63,781 bases of DNA, filler included, from Reticulomyxa filosa (GCA_000512085.1; 15 parts of 15 records of this genome joined end to end with filler, not necessarily neighbours in it); one strand, 5' to 3'. Positions 25,771 through 39,471 are shown, numbered from the whole stretch's first letter. Made by a program: numbers and translations. The notes: generated by a model not told the origin, from the sequence alone.

Positions 25771-27337
25771 AGCATTAGCTATATGGATATATCCGCGAGA
25801 TAATGCTGACAATTTACAAAAAAAAAAAAAAACATTAAAACACCATTCATAATTGATATTAGCTTTTGTGAAAAAAGTTGTATTTTGAAGTTAAAACATT
25901 TCGAACCTGTCAGATACTTCGACATCTTGAAAGAGATTTTGAAAAGTGAAAGTTGAAATTTTGTGACGACATCAGTCAAGAAATTTCGCTCAAGTCGAGG
26001 AAAAGCAAGCGAACAAGAAAAAGAAAGAAATTTTTTAACTACTTTGGAATTTTTTTTTTATAGTGATATATTGTGCAATTCTTGTGTCTTCACCATTTAA
26101 CTAGATATTGCAACATCTAGCATTATTTGAAGAATCACTTCAAAGATTTTAAAGATTTCGTCTTGTGCAAAGTTCATTGCGAAAGCGAACCAAAGACAAT
26201 ATTCAAAGAAAACAAACTGCCAAAGAAAAATTTTTTACTAGTTGGAAATTTCAGTTATGGTGAAATTATGTATATGTCAACTACTCAATGTGATAAACGA
26301 AACTGTATTAAACAGGAAGCCATCATAATATATCAATGAACGCAAAAATAACAAACAAAATTTAGTCTATTCGCTACCAAATAAGTCAATATAATAACTT
26401 CATCTTTTTTGATAACAATAAGTATTTAAATTTTTTTGTTTTAGATTTCTTTAATTTGTTGAAAGATGTATATTGAATCTAAATACTTCAACAATTCAAA
26501 AACAATAGCTGTGAATTACATTGAGATCATGTTAGCGTTAATCAACCGAATCATTTTATTGAACAGTCAAAATTGTGTTCACAACCGCTTATTGATCTTA
26601 ACTTACAACATTTGATATTTTATTTGTTTTTTGATATTTTAATTCCACTAAAAAAAATGTCGAATTTTCCTTTTTTCCAAAGAATACTGTCAAGTACCGT
26701 ATTATTTTGAGACAGCTTTGTACTTATGAAAAAGGAAACTGAAAATATCTCTTCAGATATGCAAGTATGCTAAGTGAATTTATCACATTGTAGAAGATGA
26801 ATTATCACAATCTATTCATTAATCTACAACCTTTATTCTTTTCTATATTCAAAATAAAAAAAAATTTTAAATTTAAACAATTTCAAATTTCCTTAAAAAC
26901 AAAATCAAAACAACAAATTTGACACTAAAGTCATGTTAGCTTCTTTTTAAAAAAGATTTTGTGTGGCCTTCGTTGCTTTCTGGTCTTGGTGGTATTGTCG
27001 TGCTTGGAAGCCGAATTCTTCCTCGCGCTTTGATTGCACAGATGCATTCGGCTTCATCGCGTGTTTAATGTTTAAATTTCTTTTTGCTATATCGCTTTGT
27101 GAGAATGTATTTGCATTTTTGCACGTTCCCTGTTGCTTATTGTTGGCTTTTAATTTGCCAATGGTGATGATGCGGACTACAATATTTTTTCAGAAATTTT
27201 AACTGACAATAAACAAGAATGTGACAATGCAGAAAGCTACTTCTGTATGTAAATCTGAAAATTTATACAAGTGCAATCATATTTGAAAATGATTGCAGTC
27301 AAGAAAATAAAACAGTTAACATTTTTTTCTATGCCGG

Positions 27338-27381
27338 TGTAGGGCAAGTCCCTATTATACAATCTCAAATACTAATGGAAC
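27338..27381 (+). mobile_element. LTR 5' portion, cut by contig end
   Basis: Starts TGTAGGGCAAG. The last 19 nt are identical to 31173-31191. Homologous to the reverse complement of ~1563-1605. Confidence 0.65.
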
Positions 27382-27481
27382 NNNNNNNNNNNNNNNNNNN
27401 NNNNNNNNNNNNNNNNNNNNNNNNNTTAATTAATTAANNNNNNNNNNNNNNNNNNNNNNNNNNNNNNNNNNNNNNNNNNNN

Positions 27482-27517
<36 letters not shown>

Positions 27518-27519
27518 AA

Positions 27520-28421
27520 AAAGAGACAAAACCTTTGCGAAGGGTTTTGATGGTTTTGTATTCTTGGCCGAAATAATGGTAAAGCTTCATAACGACTTGG
27601 TGGGACCACTGTGGCAAAAGTGTGACCAAGTTAGTGCAAAGCCATTGCAAAAAGACCAAAGTATGTTTTCCTTCGTCCCAAATGCTTGTGCCATGATTTT
27701 TTTGACGTTTGGGCTGAAGCGTAGTGGTGGCCCTCCGGGTGCGCGCGCCAGTGCACAGCATAAGCAAAGGATGAATAGGGAATGTTTCGTGATCATTATA
27801 CATTTCGAAGTCGATCATATCCCCATACGCTTGCAAAAATTGCAGTATCGTTTGCATATTGGGGTAATTGTTGATGAGCAAAGTCAAAGGAGTTTGATTG
27901 TTGTGTCGAAAGTTTATCAACTCGTTATTTTCCAAGCTGTTGTCACAAATGGTTAAAAACACTTCAACGTCTTCGTACGACATCACTGCTTTCATTACAT
28001 TTGAGCCATATTCACCCACTTAATTTTTTTTAATTTTTTTTTTTTTTTTTTTGAGTGGAAAAAAGAAAACAAACTACTTGTTAAAAAAATTGAAAAAAAA
28101 AAAAACAACAAAACAAAACATGGCCAATTCAATTCCACAGTCATTCCAAACATAATCAAAGTATCCAAAATATTCAAGACTTTGTCATGGTAGCGCGCAA
28201 AGCTGTCGACAGAGGTAATCTCTTCAGTCATGTGAATACCACAGCGTTGAAGGAATCGCTCTCTGTAGTTTTTGTGATACTGCTCTGGGCATCGATAGTT
28301 CAACACATCCAGCAAGAAATTTTTCGACAGTCCAAGTCTTATTTCGGAATTAAATAACGGCGAGGTTAACAATAACCGCAAAATACCTTTCATTTGTGTG
28401 AATGTGTTTGTATGTGTGTGC

Positions 28422-28452
<31 letters not shown>

Positions 28453-28947
28453 CACATACAAATACGCATACATATAAACATACGTATACGCACACACGCA
28501 CACAAAGCAAAAGAAACTTGGGGAAGGACTATTGGAATAAAATACGCATTTCAAAATATTGTATTGTTGCTCCGGTGTGAAGTAAGTAGTGGCCTTGTCG
28601 TCGTATACATAAAGAGTAAAAAAAGCGACGACGTTGACCAAGTCGTCCTGGATGGCATACATGAGCGGCGTCATACCGTACACATCAGCAAAGTCCATGC
28701 ACGTGGTGACATATCTCAAGGCCTGCTCTTCGCGTCCTTTGAACATGATGAAGGAGTTGACATCATTGCTCATCCATCTGGGTTTGGAATTGGGTCCATT
28801 CAAATTGCGATTGAGTGAGTGTGATCGGGTGTCTCTTCCACCATGCATGGTAGTCAAAGTGGTTGTGCCGGACATGTCAGTGGCATCGACATCAAATTTG
28901 TTATCGCCTTGTTGTTCCTCGTCTTCCTCGTTCTCATCCTCTTTCTC

Positions 28948-28980
<33 letters not shown>

Positions 28981-29688
28981 TTCTTCTTCTTCTACCCCTG
29001 TAGTCGCCGTGATGTCATTATTCTCAGTTTTGCCGCGTTCATCCGTCGTGTTCTCTGTCTTTTCGTTGTTGATAGTAGCAGTCGGAATCGACGACTCCGA
29101 GAACTGGTCATCTCTTTTCATCAAGATAGACGGCGGCTGCAATTGGGACGGTGCCTTGGGGAAGTTGTTGGCATAATTCAACTTAATGCTGGACACGTCA
29201 TACGTAGTTTCAATAGGGGCGGCCGTGGCGTTGGACTTGGAGTCACCACCTTTCATTGCCACCAAACTGAAGTTATTCAGAAATTGATTGGGTTGTGTGG
29301 TCGTGATCGTGGTAACAGTTTCATCCACTTGGGCGGAAAGGGGGTCGTCCGGCTCGTTGTCATTATGCTTGTGCTTCACATCGACACGTGTAGCGACGGC
29401 TGGCCGAGCTTGGATGATGTTGGGAGGTCGTACGAGTCCAATCGAAAAATCTGTTTGGCCACAACACCACCAACATTCGTTTCCAATGTGTATTCTTCCA
29501 AAAAATTCCATATCCTCTTCCGACTGCGTTGGCGAGGACTTGGCATGCTCGTCAACACGAGGCATAAACCCATTCACGACGTTTACCACTTCTGGCTCTG
29601 GCGAGGCTTGGCGTCCGCTGTTTATGCGCGGTCCAACTACCCCTCGCAAAGAATGCATACTTCGTGATCGTTGTTTTCGCTTCATCAC
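27520..29688 (-). CDS. Ankyrin-repeat-containing protein with acidic low-complexity region (partial, multi-exon)
   Basis: DVYGMTPLMYAIQDDLVNVVAFF and NNQTPLTLLINN ankyrin-like motifs across ORFs 28390-29688, 27995-28510 and 27426-28019. Confidence 0.7.
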
Positions 29689-29840
29689 TTTTTTTTTTTT
29701 TTTTATTTTTTTATGTTAAGTAAAAAAAGGGGTTCTTTTTNNNNNNNNNNNNNNNNNNNNNNNNNNNNNNNNNNNNNNNNNNNNTTAATTAATTAANNNN
29801 NNNNNNNNNNNNNNNNNNNNNNNNNNNNNNNNNNNNNNNN

Positions 29841-30285
29841 ACGACAGAAAAAAAGCTGAAGTACTTGAATAAACAAAATTATATTATAAATAGATTATTG
29901 CAAGATGCTTGGGAGGAAATTCAATGACTGCTGTACGCATAAATAATTTTTGAGCTTTCTTTTAATAATTAATAAACAAGCCAAAAATATAAATAACATT
30001 AGTTCTTATCTTACATTTCAATAGATTATTGCTAACATTAGTCCAGCTTTATGTAATTTTTCAGAAACTTTAAGCAATCTGCAGTTTGCAAATCGAGCTA
30101 AAAATATCAAAAACAAGGCATCAAAGTTTAGAGACCCAAAGAATGCTAGAATTGCAGAATTGGAAGAGCAAGTAAAACGCTTGCAAGAAGAATTACAAGC
30201 ATGTAGAAATGAACGTGAACAATTCAAATCACATGCTCAAGAACTGAGCACAGGCAAAGAGTGTCAAAAGTGTGCGATCATGTAA
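29841..30285 (+). CDS. Kinesin, end of motor domain plus short coiled coil and C-terminal CAIM (5' partial)
   Basis: LLQDA(L)GGNSMTA (1-nt slip) then intron, then IIANISPA..FSETLSNLQFANRAKNIKN..DPKNARIAELEEQV..CQKCAIM*. Last exon is 30025-30285. Confidence 0.88.
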
Positions 30286-31172
30286 TAATCATTGTTTTTG
30301 ATAACTACAATTGTTCTTTCAATAAATCTTTCCGGATGCAGTATATTGTTATAAGTTAAATAAGTTTGTATATTTTAAATGAATCCAAAAATTTTAATAT
30401 CAATTGCAAAGTACTTTTCAATATCATTATGTCACTGAAAACATTATTCTTACGACATAATTGAAACAAGTAGCCCTACAATATCAAATCATTTGTTAAA
30501 GTTTAACAAACTTTCTTATTTTTTTTCATCTTTTCTCAAATCGATTTTCCTTTTGTTTTTGATTATTGCTTGCAAGCTCAGAACTTTTTGTAACAAGCGA
30601 AAAACTATTTCACTTCTAGATAAAATAATATTACTAAATAGAAAATATAAATATTTTTATACATCTGTATATGCACAAACATTAAAAATATATAGATATT
30701 ACCTCCAACAGTGATTGAGTTTAGATTTTATAAATCATGTGTATATCACAAATTGTGTACACATAAGACTATTCCTGCGTACATTCCTATGTGAATCTAA
30801 TAAGTATTTTGATATTGCTGTATTCACTGAAGCTGTCCCGGAACTAGCGAATCCAGTCCTTGATTTGATAGATAAATATCGAGTATTAAATAAATACTAT
30901 TTCGCAATAGCTGTGTTTTAGTTAACGACAAATAACTAATGTAATTTTTACATATAATAACTTATGATATATGTTGTTTTAATTGACTACAATGCACATA
31001 CTAAGTCCATATTTCCAAGGAATTAGCATTCGAACGCAGGTATAGTGATGCAACATAATGACAACAATATATNNNNNNNNNNNNNNNNNNNNNNNNNNNN
31101 NNNNNNNNNNNNNNNNTTAATTAATTAANNNNNNNNNNNNNNNNNNNNNNNNNNNNNNNNNNNNNNNNNNNN

Positions 31173-31358
31173 TCTCAAATACTAATGGAACGGTGGGTTA
31201 AAACCCTCTTCACAACGCAACCCACTTTTGTGTTTTCTTTACTTGTTTTCCTTTCTTGTGTCGAAATTATTTTTGTTATTTTAATTTCCTTTTACTGAAG
31301 TTGCTTTTTGGAACTAAGTTCCTTTCGTATTACACTTAGTCGTCTCACTATTCCTACA
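31173..31358 (+). mobile_element. LTR 3' portion at contig start (probable solo LTR)
   Basis: Ends CCTACA and is homologous to the reverse complement of 1396-1580. Merged with 27338-27381 it is 211 bp. No PBS follows. Confidence 0.7.
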
Positions 31359-31693
31359 GACTAGGTCTTAATTTTCTAGTGTTTGATCGTTTATATTGCT
31401 TGTTGACCGTTTCAGAATAAATTGCTCATCATTATTGATTACATTTACTTGTATCCAGTCTTGGCTATTGTCAGTCTTTGTGGCTCTGATTTCAAAAAAA
31501 AAAGAGAAGATTCGGATTGTTTCGATCTTTTGTAGATTTGGGTGTTTGTGTTGAAATAAATTTTTTTTATACAAAAAAAGACCGATAATGATGAAATAAA
31601 GAATAAATTTTTTTTTGACGAAAAAGTAGTAAGTCTAAGCCAACAAAAAGTAACCCTTTTTGGGAGAGACATAAATTGTTTTCCCTTTGCAAA

Positions 31694-32179
31694 ATGACAT
31701 CCGAAGCGTTTTCATCAATGGATACACACTCAGGGGCAGAAGAATTGGAACCAGTGGCATCACTGGAGCTGTTACAGGATTCGTTGCGACAGAAGGAAGC
31801 ACAACTGACAGAAATGGCGAAATCAGGGCTCGAGATTGAGGAAGAAAATAGTAATTTGAAATTCGAAGTGGAGCAATATAAGGCACAATTAACAGAAGCG
31901 CAAATGGACTTGGAGACGTATAAATTGCAAGAATCCGGTCTGCGCGATGAGCTAAGATGTCTGAAGAGCACAAACTCGCAATTAGTAGAAGAGTTGACGA
32001 TACTGGAGGAGAAGTTGACGACAGCAACGGAGCGTATAGGGAGTTACGAAACATTGATGGAGTCGATGTCAAGAGATTTGCAGTGCGACACGCCAATCCA
32101 AGGAGGTTTACAAAAGCAACATAAAAGAAACATATCTATATTATCAATCAGATCTTATAACGGTGACGAGAAAGAAAGC

Positions 32180-32217
<38 letters not shown>
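31694..32217 (+). CDS. Coiled-coil protein, N-terminal part (CC1-box-like motif)
   Basis: Open frame rich in E/L/Q/K heptads with LTEMAKSGLEIEEENSNLK. Runs into a poly-Asn tract and the contig end. Confidence 0.75.
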
Positions 32218-32317
32218 NNNNNNNNNNNNNNNNNNNNNNNNNNNNNNNNNNNNNNNNNNNNTTAATTAATTAANNNNNNNNNNNNNNNNNNNNNNNNNNN
32301 NNNNNNNNNNNNNNNNN

Positions 32318-33661
32318 GTACAAAAGATTCCGGATCTTTTACCGTCGAATTGTTGGAAAGCACAGCATTCATGTCGATCACTTGCGTACATCATAATCAC
32401 ACAAACAAAGATCAGGATTTGTATTCACATATATATATATATATTTTTTTTTTTTTTAATTAAAAAAAAGATAAACAAAAGAAAACGTTACGTGTAAGAA
32501 ATAGCTTTCGTTTGGCTTCGATTGGGGCGTTTGTGTCTGCAAATAGGTTCCTCAAAAATAAATCCTCCAAAACTGATTGAACGGGCAGTTTTCAAAAAAC
32601 AACTCGAGTGCAACCATCTCCAAGAATTCTGTGTTTGGAAATGCGGTGATGCGAGCTTGCAGCTTTTGTAGCTTCTGTTCGATGCGTTTGGGCGGATTGT
32701 AAGTCGTCAAAGCGTTGTACCATAGCAAATGCTGGCATTGTGGAAGCACGTGTTGCAATTTCAATGCACATTTGAACAGTCGATTTTGAATAATATATGC
32801 GTGATGCTCAAGTGCCAAAGTCAAGCTTTGAAAAATTTCCTGCAATTATTTAATATTAAAAAAAAAAAAAAAAAAGGTATAAGCGCATACGTATACATAC
32901 GTGTGCATGTGTCCATTTGAAAAGAAGAAAAAGAAAAAACATACGCCGAAATCTCTGACGCTTTGCTCGCACAATTCGCAGAGCATGCGATAAAAATAGG
33001 CCAAATCGACATCGTCAAGCGTTTGTAAAAAGACGAGTGCAATGGCAATATCAAACAGAATACAACACATCTATACAATGTTAATAATACAGAACACGAA
33101 TGTGAAACAGTTGAAAGAGTATATATATATATGGCAAGTTAAAAAAAAAAAGCCAAACCTCGTTCCAAGATTGGATAGTGCCCTTTTCTTTGAGTGATTG
33201 AAGATTCTTTCTTATGTTGTTGGAGAGACAGCCACGAAGAAAATTCTTCTCCACTCCTGGCTGTTTGCTGCTCTGATCGATAAAAGCGATCAAAGCGTCC
33301 AAAGCCATGGCAATGCTAAAATCGCGATTGACTCTGGCATGCAAATACTCCAACACGTATCCGAGATGTCCTTCGTACGTTTGGCTGGCAATACCGGGAA
33401 GAATGTGATCCGCCAAAAGCATCGCGCATGCGCGGCTATTAATTGGTCGTTCTTCCACTTGTTTAGTGATCTTTTCGATTATCATTTTGCCGTTCACATC
33501 TCGATCTCTTTTTCAATTTCGAATTGAAGCTTTTTTGTTTGGCTCGTTTGAATTCGCTGATATCCCATCCACAGTAATACACAAATGCGCCTCCCATTTC
33601 GCTCATGCGTTTGAACATAATTTCTTTACTTTCTAATGTCATCAAACAAAATTGTCCATTT
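32318..33661 (-). CDS. Multi-exon hypothetical protein fragment
   Basis: Minus-strand ORFs 33463-33645 and 33081-33497 plus further exon-like blocks separated by AT/poly-T introns. Confidence 0.55.
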
Positions 33662-33761
33662 NNNNNNNNNNNNNNNNNNNNNNNNNNNNNNNNNNNNNNN
33701 NNNNNTTAATTAATTAANNNNNNNNNNNNNNNNNNNNNNNNNNNNNNNNNNNNNNNNNNNN

Positions 33762-34322
33762 CACCCGGTAGCGCAGCATCTCGTGGCGGGTTTCGATCTT
33801 GTTGCGGTGGAACGGCGACGCGTTCAGCGACACGATCACGTCGGCACCGGCGTCGGCGGCTTCGGCCGCCGGCTCGATCGACCACACGTCTTCGCAGATC
33901 AGCACGCCCACCTGCACGCCGTTCTGCTCGAATACCAGCGGCGCCGCGCCAGGGGTGAAGTAACGGCATTCATCGAACACTTCGTTATTGGGCAGCAGCA
34001 TCTTGTGGTACTGGCCCAAGCGGTGGCCGTCGCGCAGCACGGTGGCGGCGTTGAAGCGTTCGTTGCCCAGCTTGACCGGGTGGCCGATCACCAGTGTGAT
34101 GCCGTCCAGTTGCTCCAGCTCGTCCAGGCCGGCGGCAATGGCGCGGTAGAAGTGGTCGCGCAGCAGCAGGTCTTCCGGGCTGTAGCCGGTGAGGGCTAGC
34201 TCGGGGGTGACGAGGATGTCGGCACCCTGGGCGATGGCCTGGTGGGCCAGGGCCAGGATTTTCTGGGTATTGCCGGCAATGTCGCCGACAACCGGGTTGA
34301 ACTGGGCAAGAGCAATGCGCAT
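33762..34322 (-). CDS. nadE: Glutamine-dependent NAD+ synthetase, N-terminal nitrilase domain (bacterial, 3' partial)
   Basis: MRIALAQFNPVVGDIAGN, TPELALTGYSPEDL, YHKMLLPN..VFDE.RYF, LICEDVW and NASPF. High GC, no introns. Confidence 0.95.
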
Positions 34323-34495
34323 CGTGTCTTTGGCAATAAGTTTTGCAATGCCGCAATTCTACCTGAAGGCAGCGCTGGCTGGCTGCCACCATGCGCCCGG
34401 CGCCGCTTTTGTTTGCCGGATCAGCCACTTGTGTCGTGGTGCTGGCCGGTGGGCGCGGGCAGGGCGCGGCAATGCATGCATTTTTTGTAAAAAGC

Positions 34496-34524
34496 TTGCC
34501 AAGCGCAGGGTCGTTCACTAGAAT
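34496..34524 (+). promoter_or_regulatory. Sigma70 promoter of the tRNA gene
   Basis: TTGCCA-17 bp-TAGAAT followed by a GC-rich discriminator (GCGCAGCC), typical of stable-RNA promoters. Confidence 0.8.
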
Positions 34525-34537
34525 GCGCAGCCTCTGA

Positions 34538-35294
<757 letters not shown>

Positions 35295-35394
35295 NNNNNN
35301 NNNNNNNNNNNNNNNNNNNNNNNNNNNNNNNNNNNNNNTTAATTAATTAANNNNNNNNNNNNNNNNNNNNNNNNNNNNNNNNNNNNNNNNNNNN

Positions 35395-35430
<36 letters not shown>

Positions 35431-35439
35431 TATGTGTAT

Positions 35440-36134
35440 ATATAGTATACACAACATCTTTGTTTTATTTGAATAGCAAAGGTACACATAGATAGTTCAA
35501 AAACAAGTAGTTTGCCTGCGCAGTCTGTTGGTTTGTTATTGATAATCCAATGGTCTCCAAAATAATCAGACACTCGAAAATGCCGAATGGTTTCAATTGG
35601 ATCTACAACGTCCGAAGACGAAGAAGAAGAAGATGCTGTTGTTGATATTGTTGATGTTGCTGATGTTGCCGATGTTGCTGCTGATGTTGCTGATGTTGCC
35701 GATGTTGCTGCTGATGTTGCCGATGTTGCCCGATATTACTGATGCTGCTGATGAGAATGATGATAAGGTTGACACGAATGAAGCTGTTCGATGCTTATGA
35801 CTGGCACTATCACGGTATGCGCAACACTCGCCTTTCTGTACAATGTACAAATATTGCACATGTGTCCCTTCGCGGACAATGACTTGATTTTTTTGGAATT
35901 GCAGCCGCGTGCACACGTCGCTGATGCTGGTGAAGTCGAACTCGCCTTTCAAGCTTTGGAACAAAGACACTGTCTTCAACAGCTCGACGCGCTGATGCAA
36001 CTCCTCGCGGTGGTACTCTCCAATCTTTTGGCGGATATTCAAATACTTTTCGTAGTTGAATACCCATACACGACAATGTCCTTCCATCGGCCTTTCTCGA
36101 TCGATCGCATTTTCGGACACTGCAAGGGAGGAGG

Positions 36135-36165
<31 letters not shown>

Positions 36166-39162
36166 TGATGAAGATGATGAGGAGGAACGTATCAAATCAA
36201 TAGTCATTGTTGTTGTTAAAGAATGACTGTCAAGTGCATCACGATGAGGCCCTATGGCACGATAGCTGTATTCATGACACTTATTCATTAACAACACTTC
36301 AGTGTTTTCAAACGAGTTCATTGGAACCAACTCTTTTATCAATTTTGTCGATGTTGTCTTTGCGTTGTCATTTTTTTTATCTTTATCTGCGACGGCGTCT
36401 TTCCCACACTCGATACCTTCTTTTTCCGTTTGTGATGGTTTGTGCGACTCTTGGCCTTCTGCGTCCTCTTGGCCTTCTGCGTCTTCTTGGATGCAATGAA
36501 AGCAGCCATGCTCGATTACAAAAAACGCTTGCGATTTCTCGCCTTGCTTCACAATATACTCGCCAAATGGCACATCCACTCGGAACATGTATTTCACAAT
36601 GGTCCCAAGTGCCCTCTGTCGTTGCTTTTGAGTAAATTCGTCATCCAGCCATGGTTGCTTCTCCATCACACTTCTTAAAAACTATTTTGATGAGGGGGGG
36701 TACATGTGCATGTGTGTTTTTAGTACATGCACAACTGAAGAGGGGAGGAGTGAGTGTTTTTTTTAAAAAAAAAAAGATAAACTTTGCGCGTGGTCCAGTT
36801 TTTTGAGTACTCTTTTTTGTTTTTAATCCACTTCAAATGAGTGAGACGGGATTTGCTTCGGCTTTTGGTGTTCATTTCCATTGGAACGACGATTGCCTCG
36901 TGTCTGCCTGTTCCTGTTCCTGTTCCCTCTCGGCGGTTGTATTTCTTTTCGTCTTTTGCTTTGGCTTGATTTGTCGTTGATTGTGGCGCCTTTCCCAGCG
37001 TGTTCACACAATACAACACATATACACTGTTGCAATTATGTTTATAATGTTGTATCTCGGATACAAATCAATCTTTTTTTTTTTTTTTTTTAACGCCAGT
37101 GTTGCCACTCGCAGATGCACGGTGTCTTGTGGTGTGATTGCTATTGCTAGTACTGTTGCTATGATCATTGTCTTTTCTCGTTTTTTGCGATTTTGCAACG
37201 CCCTTGGACACGTGCTGCTGCTGCTGATGCGACGGGTCGTCACCTCCCTTATGGATGTTGCCCTCAGAATTGGCCATTTCCACAGGACGTGATCGTTCAG
37301 CTTTGTGACGACTGTAAACGTGTTGTTTTTCTTCTTCCTTCTCTTTTTCTTTTTCTTTTTCTTTTTCTTTTTCTTTGTGGACATGGTGATGATGATATTC
37401 ATCCTCGTCATTGTCGTCTTCGTCTTCATCGGTCTCCATTAAAGGTATGCTTGTATGTTTGTCGGGCCGAAGCATAGGCTTCCACCCCTCTGCACCGGCA
37501 TGCATATTTGCATTTACATTGAACTTGTTATTTTCCGTGCCAAAGTCGCTTTTCCGAGAGCTTGCCATACGGACGTGGTCGTTGGACCGCGCTCGATGCT
37601 TCTTCGTCAATGACGTGCCTACTGTGTTTGAACGAGGCAATGATGGAATTGCTTTTATGCTTGTCGACGACTCATTCAAATCACCATCTCTTTCCCTTTC
37701 CCTTTCCCTTTCTCGTTGTCTTTCTCTTTCTCTTTCTCTTTCTTTTGTGTCATCTTGCGCAGGGGTGATAGGGATACCCTTGGCTTTATTGCCATCCATC
37801 GACCGCATTGTATGAACCATGTGACGATTCTCGTCATCGCTATCGTCCGAGTCTGCAACATGCACGCATGGTAAATGTAATGAAACATATGATCAAAAGT
37901 ATATATATATATATGTATATATATCTATATATATGTGTGTATACATATATGTATATGTATACCTTCGTCCAAATTGCGTTTGTAAGGGTCGAAATCGGCC
38001 AGGGAAAACTCTCTTGTCGAGTCTTGACTCCCTACGCTGTGACTGTGAGCATGTCTGGCGGGCTCATTGGACAATAGCAAGGTCTGACTCATGTCAATCC
38101 ACTGAGGTTTCATGACGGGCGGATTGTTGTTGTTGTTGTTGTTGTTGTTGCCAAAGTTCATTAGATTGAAGGTGGTCGACTTGGAGGGACTATGACGAGC
38201 ACGTCCTCCGCGTCCGCGGTTGGCAACACTTTGGACGACGTCTCGGAGAGTGTCTGGGTTATTTGGCAGCGGAGAGTTTTTGACGACAAATTGCGGATAT
38301 TTTTGGGCTTGCGGCTGCTGTGGTAATAGCGGGGCAGACTGTTTCAGCAAAGGATTGATGGGAGCAGCATAGAACACAGCTTCGGCCGGAGGTGGTTCCA
38401 CCCACGTGTCTTCGTCCTCAGTATACGTAGCGGTGATGCTTTCCGGGATGAAGTGATACGTTCGACTTCGATTGTGAGAAACAGTTTTTACATTTGCCTT
38501 CACGTTCATATTCGGTATATGAGCTACCGTGTGTCGATTGTCTTTATTGCCACTCGTTGTTGTTGTTGTTGTTGTTGTTGTTGTTGGTGCTATTGCTGTT
38601 GTTGCTGTTGTAACAGTTGGTATCGACAAAGTTGGCATGGGAGATACAGTCGATATAGTTGATATGGTTGATATGGTTGATATGGTTGGTAGTGTGGATA
38701 TTGTCGATATGGTTGGTATCCCTATAGTCCCTATAGTCCCTATAGTCCCCATTGTTCCAATGGTTGATATCGTTGGCATCATAGTCACAGTCGTGGCAGG
38801 TGTCGGCGTCGTCATCGTCGCCGCTGTTGCTGTTGCTGTTGCTGTTGCTGTCGCCGTCGTGTCGCCCGTACTCTGCGACGTTTCCGGCGAAGGAGGAGGT
38901 GGCTCAAATCCGGAATGACTACTATGTGTCGTGTGAGAAGGAGGAGGAGGAGGAGGAGGAGGAAGAGGAGCGAACATCATCGACGCGGATGTCGACGTCG
39001 GGCCTGATATCGTCGAGATCGGTGCCGCTGTGGAACTCGACATGACAAGGGAATTAGAATTAGGCAGCTTGGCCAGAAATTGACTATTGTAATGATTGGA
39101 AGGAGCATTCGTCATTGTGGCCGCGACTGCAGCTGTCGCCGTCGTCGCCGTCTCAGCCATTG

Positions 39163-39194
<32 letters not shown>

Positions 39195-39471
39195 GTTGCT
39201 GCGGCTGCGGCTGCTGTTGTTGTTGTTGTTGTTATCGGCATTCGCGAATGCATATTTACAGACAGAGTCGGAACCGTATAGAACGGGGCCGAATAACGCT
39301 TTTGCTCTGCCGGCTGTGGTGCCATAGGCTTGCTCACTGTCATTAACTGCGGCGATGCGAAATATACTGTGCTCGTCCCTCCACTTGTTCCTGTGCTGTG
39401 CTCTTTCACGAAAGGCCCTCTTTGCTGAATCTGCGATGAAGATTGCATTTGCATTTGCATTTGCATTTTGC
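35440..39471 (-). CDS. Large protein with low-complexity N-terminus and tandem cyclic-nucleotide-binding domains (partial, multi-exon)
   Basis: GEYIVKQGEKSQAFFVIEHG, LLKTVSLFQSL..NQVIVREG..LYIVQKGEC and DYFGD. Upstream ORFs 37925-39466 and 37068-37865 are probably the same gene. Confidence 0.75.
38540..39230. repeat. Coding microsatellite/minisatellite block (poly-T/P/A, 9-bp TIS/TIG units)
   Basis: (gtt)n, (gga)n, (gtc)n, gatatggtt and ccctatagt tandem units. Confidence 0.85.

Noticed and set aside
27325-27360. Twister or twister-sister ribozyme (ATGCCGGT..GCAAGTCC)
   Set aside because: Only short motif resemblance. It is better explained as the LTR terminus.
28634-29719. Long plus-strand ORFs opposite the ankyrin gene (and similar ORFs at 37193-39346)
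   Set aside because: They are antisense shadows of low-complexity coding sequence.
30715-30921. TPR-like duplicated peptide (NKYFDIAVF / NKYYFAIAVF)
   Set aside because: Too short and weak to support a gene call.
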